NCBI GenBank assembly: GCA_016748015.1
Contig: JAAOMT010000029.1
Span: 298,896-362,895 of the forward strand
Source of the DNA: Geosiphon pyriformis uo1
Taxonomy: Eukaryota; Fungi; Glomeromycota
Length of the DNA stretch: 64,000 bases
Reading direction: 5' to 3'
The position numbers were made by a program, and so were the translations under genes. The notes under the pieces were generated by a model. It was not told the origin of the DNA. It saw nothing but the letters and a program-made list of their open reading frames with translations, and did no database searches. This document shows, one piece after another, positions 61,715-64,000 of the stretch; the first letter of the stretch is position 1; each line of letters opens with the position of its first letter.

Positions 61715-62704
61715 TGTTACCGGAGGTTTTTGGTCTCTTTTCTTAATTGTTGTTGATGCCTGTTTGCTGTGAATCTACATTTTCTAGATGTGGTTGAATC
61801 TTCAGTAACTGAATTTATCTTCAAATTATCTTCAAATTATCTCCTATAATTTAAACTGCTGGACTTATAAGTGGAATGGCCAATTCTGTGCCAGTTACTT
61901 TTGTAGTTATGTTGTAGTAAACATCAACTCTTTCCCAGGAATTGCTCGTCTAGAAGCTCACTAAAATGTGTAATTACTTTGCTGTGAAAGTCAACTTTTC
62001 TACAGGAATCTCATCTGTAGGCTACCTTAATGATTATAATAAGAAAAGAAAAGAAAAATAAAAGAAATGTAAAAGAAATAGGATTTTATCAAGAGAAATG
62101 TTTTTCTATCCAGGTCTGGAGTCACTAACAGTTTACTGAAATTGGTAGCTAATCAATTTCGAAATATTAGTTGGGTTTTGGGGATTTTCCAAGTGCAATA
62201 ATTAAAGAATTTGGTTTTTCGAATTATTTGATATTTATTTCTTTTTGTGTATATAGGAATGGTTCTAAGAGATAAATCTAAAGTAAAATACATTTCCTCG
62301 AAGAGAGAAGCTCTTCTTTTATATAACTTGTTGTAACACTATTTTATGAACTTAAACTTTGCTCTTTTCTACAATTTCGCTGAACTAAAGATACATTTCA
62401 GTGAACTATAAGTTATTTCTGCAAACTATTAGATATTTCAGTAAACTATCAATTATTTTGGCAAATTTCTACAAATTTTGGCGAACTTTTTGAATGTTAC
62501 ATAATTCAGGGTATTGCATGATTGATCATCGCGATTAGGTTATATTTGTGTTATGTACAAATTGGGTTATTAATTAAATAATAATTTTGGACATTTTGCT
62601 AATATACTAAGTAATAATTTGAAACGATAATATATGTTAATTAATGATAGGAATTATAAAAATAATTTCATGTTAAATAATATCTCTAATTTCGTCTGGT
62701 AACA
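61715..62704 (-). repeat. 3' LTR of G5 (family C), 990 bp
   Basis: Homologous end to end with the solo LTR at 43556-44514. Confidence 0.9.
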
Positions 62705-63392
62705 TAACCTCTTCCTCAAGACTGAGCTCTGTTAAAGTCCAAGTACTGTCTGTAATTTCCAGATAGTAATCCAAAATTATTGAAGAAATTTGGTCTGAAA
62801 ATTGTTGAAATTTCAGTTCTGTGAACTTTCCAATGTATTGAATCTTCAAAGGTCGTAAAATTGGGTTTTGTAGGACATTTTCACAGGTGTGGAATAGGTC
62901 ATAAAGTCTAAGAGCAGCTTTGAGCTTGTAGTGACTGTTTGTTGGTCCAGCTGTTGTCTTGAATTTGTTGTGGAGTTGTTTCTAAATAGCTTCTTTTGTG
63001 AGATTTGCTGTTGTAAGTTCCAGTTTCTGTTCATAGAGTGTTTTTCCAATGTGAAAATATCTATAGATTGGAGGATATTCAGTGTTTTCTTTATTGAGAC
63101 ACAGTTGAAGTCTTTGTTAAATTGTAGTATTTGGTGGAATACTAATCGGAGTGAGCATTAAGTTTTCTCTTAAAGCAAGCTTTAAAAGTTCTGGCAGGTG
63201 AATTCCAGAATAACTTCTTGTGTTCTTTTTATATGGGTAATATTTTCATGAATTTGGGGTTAGTTTTGTAACTACTTCTGTTTAGGTATAATTAATGTGG
63301 TTTCCAGTAACAGTAATGGATAATTCGGGTATTGTTTTTAAAGCTAATATTAGTTTTTGAGATAATTGTTGAATGTTTTGAGGAATAGTCAT
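62673..63392 (-). pseudogene. Extra 3' ORF (ORF3) of G5, 239 aa, 4 nonsense codons, runs through the PPT into U3
   Basis: Hand translation MTIPQNIQQLSQKL...IYRYFHIGK...KLKAALRLYDLF...IGKFTELKFQQF...EEEVMLPDEIRDII*; 720 nt with no frameshift. Confidence 0.8.
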
Positions 63393-63495
63393 TATAAGAG
63401 ATTTGAAATAAAAGAATATTTTTGGTGTATGGGTTTTTATGTTATTTTTGTTTTGATTATTTCTAAATTATAAGGGAATAACTAGTAAAGTTAAA

Positions 63496-64000
63496 TTAAG
63501 TGTTCAGGTTGGAAGGTTGTTCAATGACAACTATTGGTTCTAAGTTTCAGGGAATATCTTCGGAATTGACTAAAGGGGAATGTATACCAATTTGTGGAAT
63601 TAATGGTTCAGGATTGTTTCTGGAATGATAATGTTTCAAACAATCTCTATGTACAACTTTTGCTAGGATTTTGTTATCAAGTCTTAGCTTGTATGATCTA
63701 TTGCTTAGGACTTCATGGATAAAGAATAGTCCATCCCATTTATTTTCAAATTTTCCACTCCATTGTTTTTCAGCTTTAGTTCTGTGTAAGAGAACTTTGT
63801 TTCCGATTTTAAATTCATTGGTAACTGGAGGCAATTTGTCATCATGCTGTTCTTTTTGTTGAGCTTGAGAGTGTTCAATATGAGTGGCTGCTATTCATCA
63901 TTTTCCTTCCAATGTGCTAAGCAGAATGTAGGCTCTTCATTGAAGTGTTTTCTGGAAATTGTTTTTATTGATTGGTTGTGCTGGGTATGTTTCCACTGTG
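63496..64000 (-). pseudogene. Integrase C-terminus of G5
   Basis: EFKIGNKVLLHRTKAEKQWSGKFENKWDGLFFI...YKLRL, ending NLEPIVVIEQPSNLNT*, similar to G4 DLEPIIII. Confidence 0.88.

Larger units (their letters stand above)
61715..64000 (-). mobile_element. Ty3/Gypsy element G5 (3' end; continues beyond the window)
   Basis: Family-C 3' LTR 61715-62704 (TGTTACCGG...CTGGTAACA), PPT GAGGAAGAGGTTA at 62705-62717, ORF3 and the integrase C-terminus. Confidence 0.92.

Noticed and set aside
62846-63161. Track ORFs 62846-63049 and 62931-63161 as genes
   Set aside because: Off-frame or antisense shadows of ORF3, whose frame is supported by cross-family similarity.

Overview
This is eukaryotic, very AT-rich DNA with spliceosomal introns. 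The element families resemble those of Glomeromycotina fungi (Geosiphon/AM-fungus-like; this assignment is inference from recalled protein style, not a search). About 90% of the window is a nested graveyard of retroelements decayed almost entirely by C>T/G>A transitions. There are five copies or fragments of a non-LTR (LINE) family (ORF1 + APE-RT-RNase H-CCHC ORF2), one of them young and nearly intact (35998-42742, minus). There are also five Ty3/Gypsy LTR elements (called G1-G5 here), two solo LTRs and LTR fragments. One CpG-retaining island (~26.4-30.7 kb) carries an intact 4-exon WS/DGAT acyltransferase gene (518 aa). The most novel signal is the Gypsy architecture: a single gag-PR-[Cys-rich domain]-dUTPase-RT-RNase H frame, two stop codons shared by three copies before an ATG-led integrase, and an extra ~220-240 aa ORF in the env position. 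That ORF is missed by the ORF track but is conserved at protein level between two divergent LTR families.
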